Assembly: GCA_037380845.1 (NCBI GenBank)
Contig: JARRRI010000028.1
Coordinates: 1 to 18,082, forward strand
Direction of reading: 5' to 3'
Origin: Candidatus Sulfobium sp.
GTDB taxonomy: Bacteria > Nitrospirota > Thermodesulfovibrionia > Thermodesulfovibrionales > UBA6898
DNA length: 18,082 nt
Below the pieces are notes generated by a model, which did not search any database, was not told where the DNA came from, and was given only the letters and a program-made list of their open reading frames with translations. The translations under genes were made by a program, and so were the position numbers. Of the stretch, positions 5,558 to 14,947 are shown in pieces (the stretch's first letter is position 1; every line of letters starts with the position of its first letter).

Positions 5558-7288
5558 GTGAACAGGAAAAGGACCATTATCTTGAATACTGCCCTGGTTT
5601 TTGGTTTCCTGGTCATATTTCTCCGCCTTATAGACCTGATGATTTTTAAGCACAGACTCCTCTCTGAAAGGGCCAGGTTGCAACAGATGACTACGGAGGA
5701 CGTACAGGCCATGAGAGGAAACATCTATGACAGGAGAGGACGGGCTTTCGCTGTAAACGTTGAACTCGAATCCCTTTACTGCGATTCAAAGGAAGCGGCT
5801 ATCGACAAGGAGAGAATAAAGGCGCTGTCGTCGGTACTGAACATGAAGCCTGCCATCGTTCAGTCAAGGCTTGAGAAGAACAGAAGTTTTACCTGGCTTG
5901 ACAGAAAACTGCATCCCGACACCGTAAAAAAAGTGAAAGTGGTGCTCGGCATGAAGCCCGGCGGCAAAGAAGCCCCTGCCCGTGGATTCGGCTTCATCCC
6001 TGAGGCCAAGCGCCTGTACCCCAACGGCAGCCTGGCAGCCCACGTCATAGGGGCCGTCGGCCTTGACAACCAGCCGCTTGAGGGACTAGAGCTCAAATTC
6101 AACAAGTACCTCAATGCGGCCGGGGGAAAGGTGCGTTTCTCACGTGATGCGAGCGGGAACCTTCTTTCCTCGGGGGCGAACCTGGAAACCAAAGGCGATG
6201 ACATCCGGCTTACTATCGATGAGGGACTCCAGTATATAGTTGAGAGGCAACTGGACCGGGCAATGACGAAGTGGAGGGCAAAGGCGGCAACGGCCGTCAT
6301 GATGGACCCTTTCACCGGTGATATACTTGCCCTGGCAAACAGGCCCACTTACAATCCCAACGACCTGGGCCGCTCTACCAGAAACGAGATGAGAGACAGG
6401 GCCATCACCGACGTATACGAACCCGGCTCCACCTTCAAGATCGTCGTGGGATCTGCCGCGCTCGAGGAAAAGGCCGTCGGTCTCAATTCGACGTTCGACT
6501 GCAGTAAGGGGTATATCGTAGTGGGAGGTCATGCAATACACGACGCCCACAAACACGGCGTTCTTACGTTCAGAGAGGTAATTCAGAAATCGTCCAATGT
6601 CGGGACCACGATGATAGGTATGAAGCTCGGCAAGGAGAAGATTTACAGGTATGCAAAACGCTACGGCTTCGGTGATGCCACCGGCATTGATCTTCCCGGT
6701 GAAGTCTCCGGCTGGATCAGAAAACCTGACAACTGGTCGGCAACGTCTGTCGGGGCTGTGTCGATAGGCCAGGAGGTGGCGGTAACGCCCCTGCAGATGC
6801 TCAGGGCCTATTCAGCCGTTGCCAACGGAGGTTTTCTTGTCCGGCCTCACGTGGTAGCGGAAATAAGGACACACACAGGTAAAACGGTCTATTCTTTCAG
6901 GCCGGCGCCTCTGAAAAGGGTGGTCTCGGAAGAAACGGCGCTCCGCTTCAAGAATATCCTGAAGACGGTAGTCGAAGAAGGCGGTACTGCGCCGGACGCC
7001 GCCGTAGACGGCAACGAAGTGGCGGGGAAGACGGGCACGGCCCAGTTGTTCGACCGCAAGACCGGAAGATATTCGAAGAGCAGATACGTCAGCTCGTTTG
7101 TGGGCTTCGTACCGGCTGATAATCCGAAGATAGCAGTGATCGTCGTCGTCTACGAACCTAAAGGGATGGCGTATGGAGGCATTGTGGCAGGGCCCGTATT
7201 CAGGAATATTGCCGATCAGGCCCTGTCGTACCTCAACGTGCCGAGGGACGATGCACCCGATAAAAACCTTCTTCTGGTGTCAAAATGA
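5558..7288 (+). CDS. ftsI: Class B penicillin-binding protein FtsI/PBP3
   Basis: N-terminal TM, RG.IYDR, R.YP.G, GLE, EPGSTFK (SxxK), SSN (SxN), KTGT; GTG start. Confidence 0.96.
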   Translation: MNRKRTIILNTALVFGFLVIFLRLIDLMIFKHRLLSERARLQQMTTEDVQAMRGNIYDRRGRAFAVNVELESLYCDSKEAAIDKERIKALSSVLNMKPAIVQSRLEKNRSFTWLDRKLHPDTVKKVKVVLGMKPGGKEAPARGFGFIPEAKRLYPNGSLAAHVIGAVGLDNQPLEGLELKFNKYLNAAGGKVRFSRDASGNLLSSGANLETKGDDIRLTIDEGLQYIVERQLDRAMTKWRAKAATAVMMDPFTGDILALANRPTYNPNDLGRSTRNEMRDRAITDVYEPGSTFKIVVGSAALEEKAVGLNSTFDCSKGYIVVGGHAIHDAHKHGVLTFREVIQKSSNVGTTMIGMKLGKEKIYRYAKRYGFGDATGIDLPGEVSGWIRKPDNWSATSVGAVSIGQEVAVTPLQMLRAYSAVANGGFLVRPHVVAEIRTHTGKTVYSFRPAPLKRVVSEETALRFKNILKTVVEEGGTAPDAAVDGNEVAGKTGTAQLFDRKTGRYSKSRYVSSFVGFVPADNPKIAVIVVVYEPKGMAYGGIVAGPVFRNIADQALSYLNVPRDDAPDKNLLLVSK

Positions 7289-8781
7289 AGCTGAAGGAAA
7301 TCCTGAAAGGAGTCCGGACGATAAGCGTATCGGGAGATGCCGAAGCAGAGATCAGCGGCATTTCTTATGATTCGCGAAAAGTCGCCGCCGGGCATCTGTT
7401 TGTCGCCATACGGGGCGGGAAATTCGACGGTCATGACTTCGTGGAAGACGCGATCGCAAGAGGTGCAGCCGCAATAATGTATGAAAAGACCGGAACCGTC
7501 ACCCCGGTGGAGGCCTTATCCCAAAAAAGGCCGGCAGTCTCCCTTATAAGAGTGGAGGACAGCCGGGAGGCGATCGCCTGTGCCGCAGGCAATTTCTTCA
7601 TGAAGCCGTCCGAAGCCCTGACGGTGGTCGCCATCACCGGTACGAACGGAAAAACAACTACGGCATATCTGGTGAAGTCCATCATCGAGTGCTGGGGCAT
7701 GAAGGCGGGACTGGTGGGAACGATCCGGTATATGGCCGGCGACAAGACATACGACGCCCCCCACACGACGCCGGAAGCGCCTGATTTCCAGGAAATGCTC
7801 CGGACAATGCTCGCCGAGGGATGCACCCACGTTGCCGTCGAGGTATCCTCACATGCTCTGACACAGAAAAGAGTTGAGGGGACAACATTCAGGGCGGCTG
7901 TCTTCACCAACCTTACGAGGGACCACCTTGATTTCCACGGGAGCATGGAAAACTATTTCCTGGCAAAGGAGAGATTGTTCACTGGACTCCTGAGTGAAAA
8001 AGGGACCGCGGTGATAAACTTCGACGATCCTTATGGAAGAAGGCTTCTGGCCGGCATGGGCCGCGGGAGACAGGTTTTGACTTACGGCCTTGAAGCGGGC
8101 CCGGACCTGAGGGCCACGGAGATCGATAATTCCTTCGGCGGGCTCCGGTTCAAAATAAATGTTCGCGGAAGGGCATACAACGTGGTCTCCCCGCTGATGG
8201 GACTGCCGAACGTATACAATATCCTTGCAGCCGCCGGTGTTTCGGCCTCTATCGGCGTACCCTGGAAGATCATAGTCGAAGGCATCGGGAATTCCAGAAT
8301 GGTAAAGGGCAGGTTCGAAAAAGTCGACGCCGGGCAGGGGTTCCTGGCCGTTATCGATTACGCCCATACCGAAGACGCCCTTGAAAGGCTGATTTACACC
8401 GCCAGGGGACTGACCGAAGGCAAAATCATCACTGTTTTCGGCTGCGGAGGAGACAGGGACAGGGGGAAAAGGCCGGCGATGGGCTCGATTGCAACCAGGC
8501 TGAGTGATTTTGTTATTATAACTTCTGACAACCCCCGATCAGAGAGACCGGAGAGGATAATTCAGGAAATCGAAGCCGGCGCCACGCGGAAAAACTACCT
8601 TATCGAACCGGACAGAGAGGCAGCAATCAGGAGGGCCGTTCTGATCGCTCAGGAAAATGATGTGGTCCTCGTCGCCGGGAAAGGTCATGAGGATTATCAG
8701 GAAATTGAGGGGAAAAGGTTCAAATTCAATGACAGGGAGGTACTGGAAAGGGCGATAAGGCAGATGATCAACAACACATAG
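7285..8781 (+). CDS. murE: UDP-MurNAc-L-Ala-D-Glu:meso-DAP ligase
   Basis: ITGTNGKTT, EVSSH, TNLTRDHLDFH, DYAHT, DNPR (mDAP specificity), AGKGHE. Confidence 0.98.
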   Translation: MKLKEILKGVRTISVSGDAEAEISGISYDSRKVAAGHLFVAIRGGKFDGHDFVEDAIARGAAAIMYEKTGTVTPVEALSQKRPAVSLIRVEDSREAIACAAGNFFMKPSEALTVVAITGTNGKTTTAYLVKSIIECWGMKAGLVGTIRYMAGDKTYDAPHTTPEAPDFQEMLRTMLAEGCTHVAVEVSSHALTQKRVEGTTFRAAVFTNLTRDHLDFHGSMENYFLAKERLFTGLLSEKGTAVINFDDPYGRRLLAGMGRGRQVLTYGLEAGPDLRATEIDNSFGGLRFKINVRGRAYNVVSPLMGLPNVYNILAAAGVSASIGVPWKIIVEGIGNSRMVKGRFEKVDAGQGFLAVIDYAHTEDALERLIYTARGLTEGKIITVFGCGGDRDRGKRPAMGSIATRLSDFVIITSDNPRSERPERIIQEIEAGATRKNYLIEPDREAAIRRAVLIAQENDVVLVAGKGHEDYQEIEGKRFKFNDREVLERAIRQMINNT

Positions 8782-8825
8782 TCATCGGCTGTTATTGGCA
8801 GTGGGGGCCACCGACAGAAAGAAAT

Positions 8826-10196
8826 ATGGGGCATTTACAACTCGATGATATCTTAAAGGCTACAGGGGGACGAGCACTCAGCGGACACAGCGGCGAGTTC
8901 ACAGGTCTGTCCATTGACTCAAGGACGATCAGGAGCGGGGAAATATTCCTCGCCCTTAAAGGACCGCATTTCGACGGCCACGATTTTCTCGACGCCGCCC
9001 TGAGAACCGGCGCAGGCGCCATTGTGGAGTTTCCTCCTGCCCGGGTGCCGGCCGGCAAAACGATTGTCCTCACAGAGAATTCCCTTGCCGCCCTTCAAGG
9101 CATTGCAAGGTACCTTCGCAATAAGTCCGAAGTTCCGGTTGTCGGCATAACCGGTACAAACGGCAAGACCACCACCAAAGAACTCATCGCGTCAATTCTG
9201 GGCAGGAAATACTCTGTACTGAAGACATCAGGAAACCTGAACAACCACATAGGACTGCCTTTGAGCGTGGCAAACGGGACGGGGGAGGAAGATGTGATGG
9301 TGCTGGAAATGGGCTCCAATGTCGCCGGAGACATAAAACTGCTCTGCGAAATCGCCCGTCCCAACTTTGCAGTTGTTACCAATGTCGGCGAGGCACATCT
9401 TGAGGGCTTCGGCAGCCTCGACATGGTCAGGAAAACCGACCTGGAAATCCTCGAATACGTCCGCACTGTTTGCGCAAACGCCGACGACAGTTTCCTCATG
9501 GAAGGCATAAAAGGCTTCCGCGGGGAAGTCATTACCTACGGGGTGAAGAACGGTGCGGAGGTAATGGCCGGGGACATCGCACTGGGGGAAAAGGGGGCCC
9601 ATTTCACTCTTAACCTGCCGGACGGAAAGAAGGCCGAAATAAGACTCGGCGTCCCCGGTGCCGTCAATATTTACAATGCCCTGGCGGCAGCCGCGATCGC
9701 CTGGGTACTGAAGGTGAAGACGGCAGAGATCAGCGAAGGACTGGGGTCTTTTGGCGGTGTACGGATGAGGCTGGAAGTGCTGGAACATTCAGGGGCACTG
9801 GTGATCAGCGATGTCTACAACGCAAATCCGGCATCCATGGAAGAAGCGGTGAGAGAGCTTGTCCGGCTGAAGAAGAAGAGGACCATCGCCGTGCTCGGGG
9901 ACATGCTGGAACTCGGCCCTTACTCCGGAGATGCCCACAGGAAGCTGGTCGACGCGCTGTCTGAAGCGCGCATAGACGTCCTGGTGGCGGTGGGGCCGGA
10001 GATGATCGCCGCCTCCGCCGGGTTTGGAGGAATGCGCTTCACGGCGGAAGACTCGGACAGGGCCAGGCCGCTAGTGGCGGAATTACTCGCTGAGGGAGAT
10101 ACAATACTTGTGAAAGGGTCGCGCGGCATGCGGATGGAAAGGGTTCTGCCCCTTTCCCCGGAGCATCCGGCAAAAGAGGCGTCCCGTGCTTTATAA
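8826..10196 (+). CDS. murF: UDP-MurNAc-tripeptide:D-Ala-D-Ala ligase
   Basis: DSR, ITGTNGKTTTKE, GNLNNHIGLP, D.YNANPASM, LGDMLELG, KGSRG..ME. Confidence 0.98.
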   Translation: MGHLQLDDILKATGGRALSGHSGEFTGLSIDSRTIRSGEIFLALKGPHFDGHDFLDAALRTGAGAIVEFPPARVPAGKTIVLTENSLAALQGIARYLRNKSEVPVVGITGTNGKTTTKELIASILGRKYSVLKTSGNLNNHIGLPLSVANGTGEEDVMVLEMGSNVAGDIKLLCEIARPNFAVVTNVGEAHLEGFGSLDMVRKTDLEILEYVRTVCANADDSFLMEGIKGFRGEVITYGVKNGAEVMAGDIALGEKGAHFTLNLPDGKKAEIRLGVPGAVNIYNALAAAAIAWVLKVKTAEISEGLGSFGGVRMRLEVLEHSGALVISDVYNANPASMEEAVRELVRLKKKRTIAVLGDMLELGPYSGDAHRKLVDALSEARIDVLVAVGPEMIAASAGFGGMRFTAEDSDRARPLVAELLAEGDTILVKGSRGMRMERVLPLSPEHPAKEASRAL

Positions 10197-11268
10197 GGCC
10201 CTGTATTATTTTCACAACCTGTTTTTTCCCCTGAACGTCTTCAGATATATAACGTTCAGGACCGCTCTGGCCGTGATAACGGCCATGTTGCTGTCCCTTG
10301 TTATCGGCCCCCGCCTCATCGTCTGGCTCAAGAAGATCAGCGTCACACAACAGATCAGGACCGACGGCCCCCAAAGCCATCTCAAGAAAACCGGGACGCC
10401 GACCATGGGGGGGATAATAATCATAACCTGCGTGCTGGCAACGGTCCTTCTCTGGGGAGAACTTGAAAACATGTACGTATGGATAATGGTCCTTTCCCTG
10501 GTCGGATACGGGGCAATAGGCCTCCTCGACGACTACCTGAAGGTGGTGAGAAAAAATTCCAGAGGCCTGCGTGCTTGGCACAAATTCGGTTCACAGATAG
10601 CCCTTGCCCTGGCGATCGGGGTCCTCCTTTATTTCAATCCCAAGGACCCCTACGCCGACGTATTGAGCATCCCCTTTTTCAAGAAATGGCTTTTCGACCT
10701 GGGACTGTTCTACATACCTTTTTCTGTTGTGGTGGTAGTCGGGGCATCGAATGCGGTCAATCTTACCGACGGGGTTGACGGCCTCGCCATAGGGCTGGTC
10801 GGCATCGCGCTTCTTGCGAATATTGTACTCGTTTATATCTCCGGCAATGCACGTTTTGCAGAGTATCTGCAGGTCCTTTACCTTCCCGGTACGGGCGAAC
10901 TGACTGTCGTATGCGGCGCCATGCTCGGAGCGTCCCTGGGGTTTCTTTGGTTCAACTCCTACCCTGCGGACGTCTTCATGGGCGATGTGGGGTCCCTTGC
11001 ACTGGGAGGTGCGCTGGGCACCCTTGCGATCATAACCAAACATGAGATTGTTCTGGCGGTGGTGGGCGGTATTTTTGTGATAGAGACCCTTTCGGTGGTA
11101 TTCCAGGTGGCATCCTTCAAGTTGACCGGCAAGAGGATCTTCAGGATGGCCCCCATCCATCACCACTTCGAGCTTAAGGGGTGGCATGAATCAAAGGTAA
11201 TAGTGAGGTTCTGGATTGTCGGTATAATGCTTGCGCTGCTGAGTCTGGCAACGCTGAAACTGAGGTGA
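10186..11268 (+). CDS. mraY: Phospho-MurNAc-pentapeptide transferase
   Basis: GTPTMGG, DDY.K, NAVNLTDGVDGL, FMGDVGSL, MAPIHHHFE; multi-TM. Confidence 0.98.
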   Translation: MLYKALYYFHNLFFPLNVFRYITFRTALAVITAMLLSLVIGPRLIVWLKKISVTQQIRTDGPQSHLKKTGTPTMGGIIIITCVLATVLLWGELENMYVWIMVLSLVGYGAIGLLDDYLKVVRKNSRGLRAWHKFGSQIALALAIGVLLYFNPKDPYADVLSIPFFKKWLFDLGLFYIPFSVVVVVGASNAVNLTDGVDGLAIGLVGIALLANIVLVYISGNARFAEYLQVLYLPGTGELTVVCGAMLGASLGFLWFNSYPADVFMGDVGSLALGGALGTLAIITKHEIVLAVVGGIFVIETLSVVFQVASFKLTGKRIFRMAPIHHHFELKGWHESKVIVRFWIVGIMLALLSLATLKLR

Positions 11269-12320
11269 CTATGAAAAAATTCCTGACAAGAAGTCGGCAG
11301 TCAAAAGTCAATGACGTAAAGCTATTTTATATATTTATTTTGCTGCTTTTCATTCTTTACTTTTCAGCTGCAACCCCTGTTCTGGCCCGCCAGATAAGAG
11401 CCAGAGCCGCCGTCGTCATGGATGCGAAGACAGGGAGAGTGCTATATGCAAAGAATCCGGATGCCAGGCTGATGCCGGCCAGCACAACAAAACTGGTTAA
11501 TGCCCTGGTGGTACTGGAAAGGGCTAAACTGGACGACGTAACAACCGTCAGCGGAAGGGCGGCGGCCCAGCCGCCCACCAAGGCCTATCTTAAAAAAGGC
11601 GACAAGGTGACGATCAGAGCGCTGCTTTACGCGGCACTTATGAAATCCGCCAATGACGCTGCAGTCGCCCTTGCGGAGGCCGTAGCCGGTTCCGAAAGAG
11701 CGTTTGTCAGGCTCATGAACAGAAAGGCGATAGCGATCGGAGCCGACGAAACGAGGTTCATCAACGCCAACGGCCTCCCGGGCCGCGGCCAGCGCATAAC
11801 GGCCCGGGACCTGGCGATAATAATGAGACAAGCCATCAGGTATCCTCTTCTCAGAGAGATCATGGGCACCCGTGTAAAGGAGGTCTCGACCAGGGACGGA
11901 AAGACGATGTTCATCAAGAATACGAACAGGCTCCTTTGGTCTGACGACGACGTGCTGGGCGGGAAGACTGGCTATACCCGGAAAGCCAGGCACTGCTTTG
12001 TGTGTGCCGGCGAACGCGATAACGATACTATAATCGTCGCTATCCTGGGGGCGCCCCACAGGAACCTGTTATGGAAAGAAGCCGAATACCTGATGGACGT
12101 AGGCGAGAAGATAATGAGCAGTGACTCCCGGCCGGTCGTCGTCGTTACAAAGCATCACAGGTCTTCAGGGAAAACCCTGTCGGCCAAAAAAGGGCGCGGG
12201 CGAAGAGTCGTAGTCAGGAAGAGAAGCAAAAAGGACAGGTCCGTGCTTGTGAGAAACAGGATAAGCGAAGAAAAGATACGTGCGGTTGCCAGGCAGGAGG
12301 ACGATGGAAACAGAGGGTAA
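11265..12320 (+). CDS. Peptidase S11 D-Ala-D-Ala carboxypeptidase/endopeptidase (low-MW PBP)
   Basis: PASTTK (SxxK), SAND (SxN), F.N..GL, GKTGYT; N-terminal hydrophobic anchor; Lys/Arg-rich tail. Start is GTG 11265 or ATG 11271. Confidence 0.92.
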   Translation: MTMKKFLTRSRQSKVNDVKLFYIFILLLFILYFSAATPVLARQIRARAAVVMDAKTGRVLYAKNPDARLMPASTTKLVNALVVLERAKLDDVTTVSGRAAAQPPTKAYLKKGDKVTIRALLYAALMKSANDAAVALAEAVAGSERAFVRLMNRKAIAIGADETRFINANGLPGRGQRITARDLAIIMRQAIRYPLLREIMGTRVKEVSTRDGKTMFIKNTNRLLWSDDDVLGGKTGYTRKARHCFVCAGERDNDTIIVAILGAPHRNLLWKEAEYLMDVGEKIMSSDSRPVVVVTKHHRSSGKTLSAKKGRGRRVVVRKRSKKDRSVLVRNRISEEKIRAVARQEDDGNRG

Positions 12321-13746
12321 GAAGATAACGGTTGTAGGCCTTGCGCGGAGCGGACTGGGGGCCGCCAACCTCCTGGCATCCCTGGGGGCCTCGGTCACCG
12401 TTACCGACATAAAGACAGAAGAGGAACTCGACGACTTCGTAACCAGGCTTTCCCCTTCCGTACGACTTGCGCTGGGGGGGCATCCGGAGGAGGTATTTAC
12501 CTCGTCGGATATGCTGGTTTTAAGCCCCGGGGTCCCGGCGACTCTCTCGTCCGTCGGCAAGGCGCGGGAGAGAGGAGTCCCGGTAGTGGGCGAGCTTGAG
12601 CTCGCATACCGGCTGGCAAAAAACGGATCGCGCAGGAGGCTTTTCGGCTCCGGCGTGACTTTTCTTGCGATCACAGGCAGCAACGGCAAATCCACCACCA
12701 CATCTCTTCTGGATCTTATCCTCAGGAAAAGCGGTTACAGGACCGTTCTGGGCGGTAATATAGGAAACGCCCTGACAGAGGAATTCCGCAGAGTGGAAGC
12801 AGGCGGGTCTGCATATGATTTCGTTGTGGCTGAAGTCTCGAGCTTTCAGCTGGAGACCATAGATGTATTCAGGCCCCACATTGCGGCCATACTCAATATC
12901 ACCCCGGACCACATGGACCGGTATCGGTCGCTTTCTGATTACTCGGAAGCGAAAGCAAGGATATTCCTCAACCAGGACAGGGATGATTTTCTCGTCCTTA
13001 ATGCCGACGATCCGGAGGTGCGGGCCCTCCACGAAAGAAAATTTTATGACGCTCCTCCTGAGGGCCGGTCTCTGCCCCGGGTCTGCTGGTTCAGCCGGCG
13101 GAGAAAAGTAGAAGGCGTTTATTTCGAAGACGGCATGATCCACTGCAATATGTCCGGTCTCGGCGACATTCCCCTGTCATTTCAACTTATGAATGCCGCT
13201 GATGTGAAGATAAAAGGAGTCCACAACCTGGAGAATGCCATGGCCGCTGCGGCCATGGCTCTCCTTGCAGGCTGTCCCGTCGGCGCCGTCAGGGAAACAA
13301 TGTGTGAATTCGGGGGGCTGGAGCACAGGCTGGAATTTGTCCGCGAACTCGACGGCGTCACGTATATCAACGATTCCAAGGGGACCAATACGGGGGCTGT
13401 CCTTAAGTCGCTGGAAAGCTTCAGGCGCCCCGTGGTGCTGATAGCCGGAGGCAGGGACAAAGCAGGCGATTTTTCCGTGCTGGGTCCGCTTGTGTCGGAG
13501 AGAGTGAAGACCCTGGTCCTTATCGGCGAGGCCGCCGGAAAAATGAAAGGAGTTCTGGGGGGCCTCACGGAAACGGTAATCGCAAAAGACCTGAGGGAGG
13601 CGGTAGAACTGTCCCGTGAGAAGGCCGCCGGGGGCGATGTAGTGCTCTTGTCGCCGGCTTGCGCAAGTTTTGACATGTTCAGGGATTTCGAGGACAGAGG
13701 GCGGCAGTTCAAAGAAATAGTGATGGAGCTGGTCAATGGTGGATAA
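12304..13746 (+). CDS. murD: UDP-MurNAc-L-Ala:D-Glu ligase
   Basis: GLARSG, SPGVP, ITGSNGKSTTT, EVSSFQL, DHMDRY, EHRLE, NDSKGTN, SPACASFD; ATG 12304 follows AGGAGG. Confidence 0.97.
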   Translation: METEGKKITVVGLARSGLGAANLLASLGASVTVTDIKTEEELDDFVTRLSPSVRLALGGHPEEVFTSSDMLVLSPGVPATLSSVGKARERGVPVVGELELAYRLAKNGSRRRLFGSGVTFLAITGSNGKSTTTSLLDLILRKSGYRTVLGGNIGNALTEEFRRVEAGGSAYDFVVAEVSSFQLETIDVFRPHIAAILNITPDHMDRYRSLSDYSEAKARIFLNQDRDDFLVLNADDPEVRALHERKFYDAPPEGRSLPRVCWFSRRRKVEGVYFEDGMIHCNMSGLGDIPLSFQLMNAADVKIKGVHNLENAMAAAAMALLAGCPVGAVRETMCEFGGLEHRLEFVRELDGVTYINDSKGTNTGAVLKSLESFRRPVVLIAGGRDKAGDFSVLGPLVSERVKTLVLIGEAAGKMKGVLGGLTETVIAKDLREAVELSREKAAGGDVVLLSPACASFDMFRDFEDRGRQFKEIVMELVNGG

Positions 13747-14947
13747 CTCCCCGGCCGACGTCAAAGCTCCCTTCATCAGGACGTATGACAAGTTCCTTTT
13801 ATTCACCATGCTTCTACTCCTGTCGTTCGGTGCGCTCATGATCTACAGCTCGACGTCCGTTGTCACTCCCCTCCTTGCAAAGAAAAATATCACTCAATTC
13901 TATTATTTCAAGAGGCACCTTTTCACCATGTTTGTCGGCGGAATGGTCATGATCGTCGCTTATTCCATCAGGCCGTCGTTCTATAAAAGGGCGGCTGTAC
14001 CTGCGCTGGTACTTTCCTTTATCCTTCTGGTCCTGGTATTTTTCCCCCATATAGGGGTATCCGCCGGGGGCGCAAGGAGGTGGATCCGGCTCTGGCCGAC
14101 GACATTCCAGCCTTCCGAGCTTGTGAAGCTGGCGATGGTCGTATTTCTCGCGAAGTACATGTCTTCCCCGGATTATGACACCGAGAAGTTCAGCTCCTTC
14201 GCGAAACCTCTTGCCGTGATGGTCGTTTTCCAGCTGGTATTTCTGAAGCAGCCGGATTTCGGCTCCACGATGAGCCTCGCCTTTTTGACCTTCGCCATGC
14301 TCTTCGTTTCCGGGATGAGACTGAGGTATATCGCCTCTGTCCTCGTCCTCGCGCTGCCGGTCTTATACAAGCTTGTCATGGAGCCATACCGCCTCAGGAG
14401 GATCACCTCTTTTCTCGACCCCTGGAAAGACCCCATGGGAAGCGGATTTCAGCTGGTCCAGTCCTTCATAGCCCTGGGAAGCGGCGGCCTCACGGGTCTC
14501 GGTCTCGGTGAATCGAGGCAGAAACTGTCCTTTCTGCCGGCTTCACATACGGATTTTATCTTTTGCCTGGTAGGAGAAGAGCTGGGTCTTATCGGTGCCT
14601 CCGTCCTGATCGCTCTCTTCCTCTTTCTCTTCATGAGGGGCATCACGATCGCCTCGAGGTCCCGGGACAAGTTCATTCACTACCTCTCTTACGGGCTCAC
14701 GCTGATGCTGTCGCTTCAGGCCCTCGTCAACTTTGCGGTTGTTACCGGTCTTGTCCCGACAAAGGGACTCCCCCTGCCCTTTGTGAGCTACGGCGGCTCA
14801 GCCCTGCTGGCCAATATGGCGGCCGTTGGTATCCTGCTCAGGGTATCGAGAGGTGACGACAAACAGGCCCCGGGGGAGGAGAAACACATAAAGGCGAGGA
14901 GATTGGCAAGACGCAATATTTACAGCAGGAAGGGGTACCGCAATTGA
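13736..14947 (+). CDS. ftsW: SEDS peptidoglycan polymerase FtsW
   Basis: GARRWI, FQPSE.VK, QPDFG, FLP..HTDFIF, GEELG, P.KG..LPF.SYGGS; directly before murG. Confidence 0.96.
   Translation: MVDNSPADVKAPFIRTYDKFLLFTMLLLLSFGALMIYSSTSVVTPLLAKKNITQFYYFKRHLFTMFVGGMVMIVAYSIRPSFYKRAAVPALVLSFILLVLVFFPHIGVSAGGARRWIRLWPTTFQPSELVKLAMVVFLAKYMSSPDYDTEKFSSFAKPLAVMVVFQLVFLKQPDFGSTMSLAFLTFAMLFVSGMRLRYIASVLVLALPVLYKLVMEPYRLRRITSFLDPWKDPMGSGFQLVQSFIALGSGGLTGLGLGESRQKLSFLPASHTDFIFCLVGEELGLIGASVLIALFLFLFMRGITIASRSRDKFIHYLSYGLTLMLSLQALVNFAVVTGLVPTKGLPLPFVSYGGSALLANMAAVGILLRVSRGDDKQAPGEEKHIKARRLARRNIYSRKGYRN

Noticed and set aside
12280..12303. Longer GTG start for murD in the ORF track
   Set aside because: ATG 12304 has an AGGAGG RBS and gives a typical MurD N-terminus.
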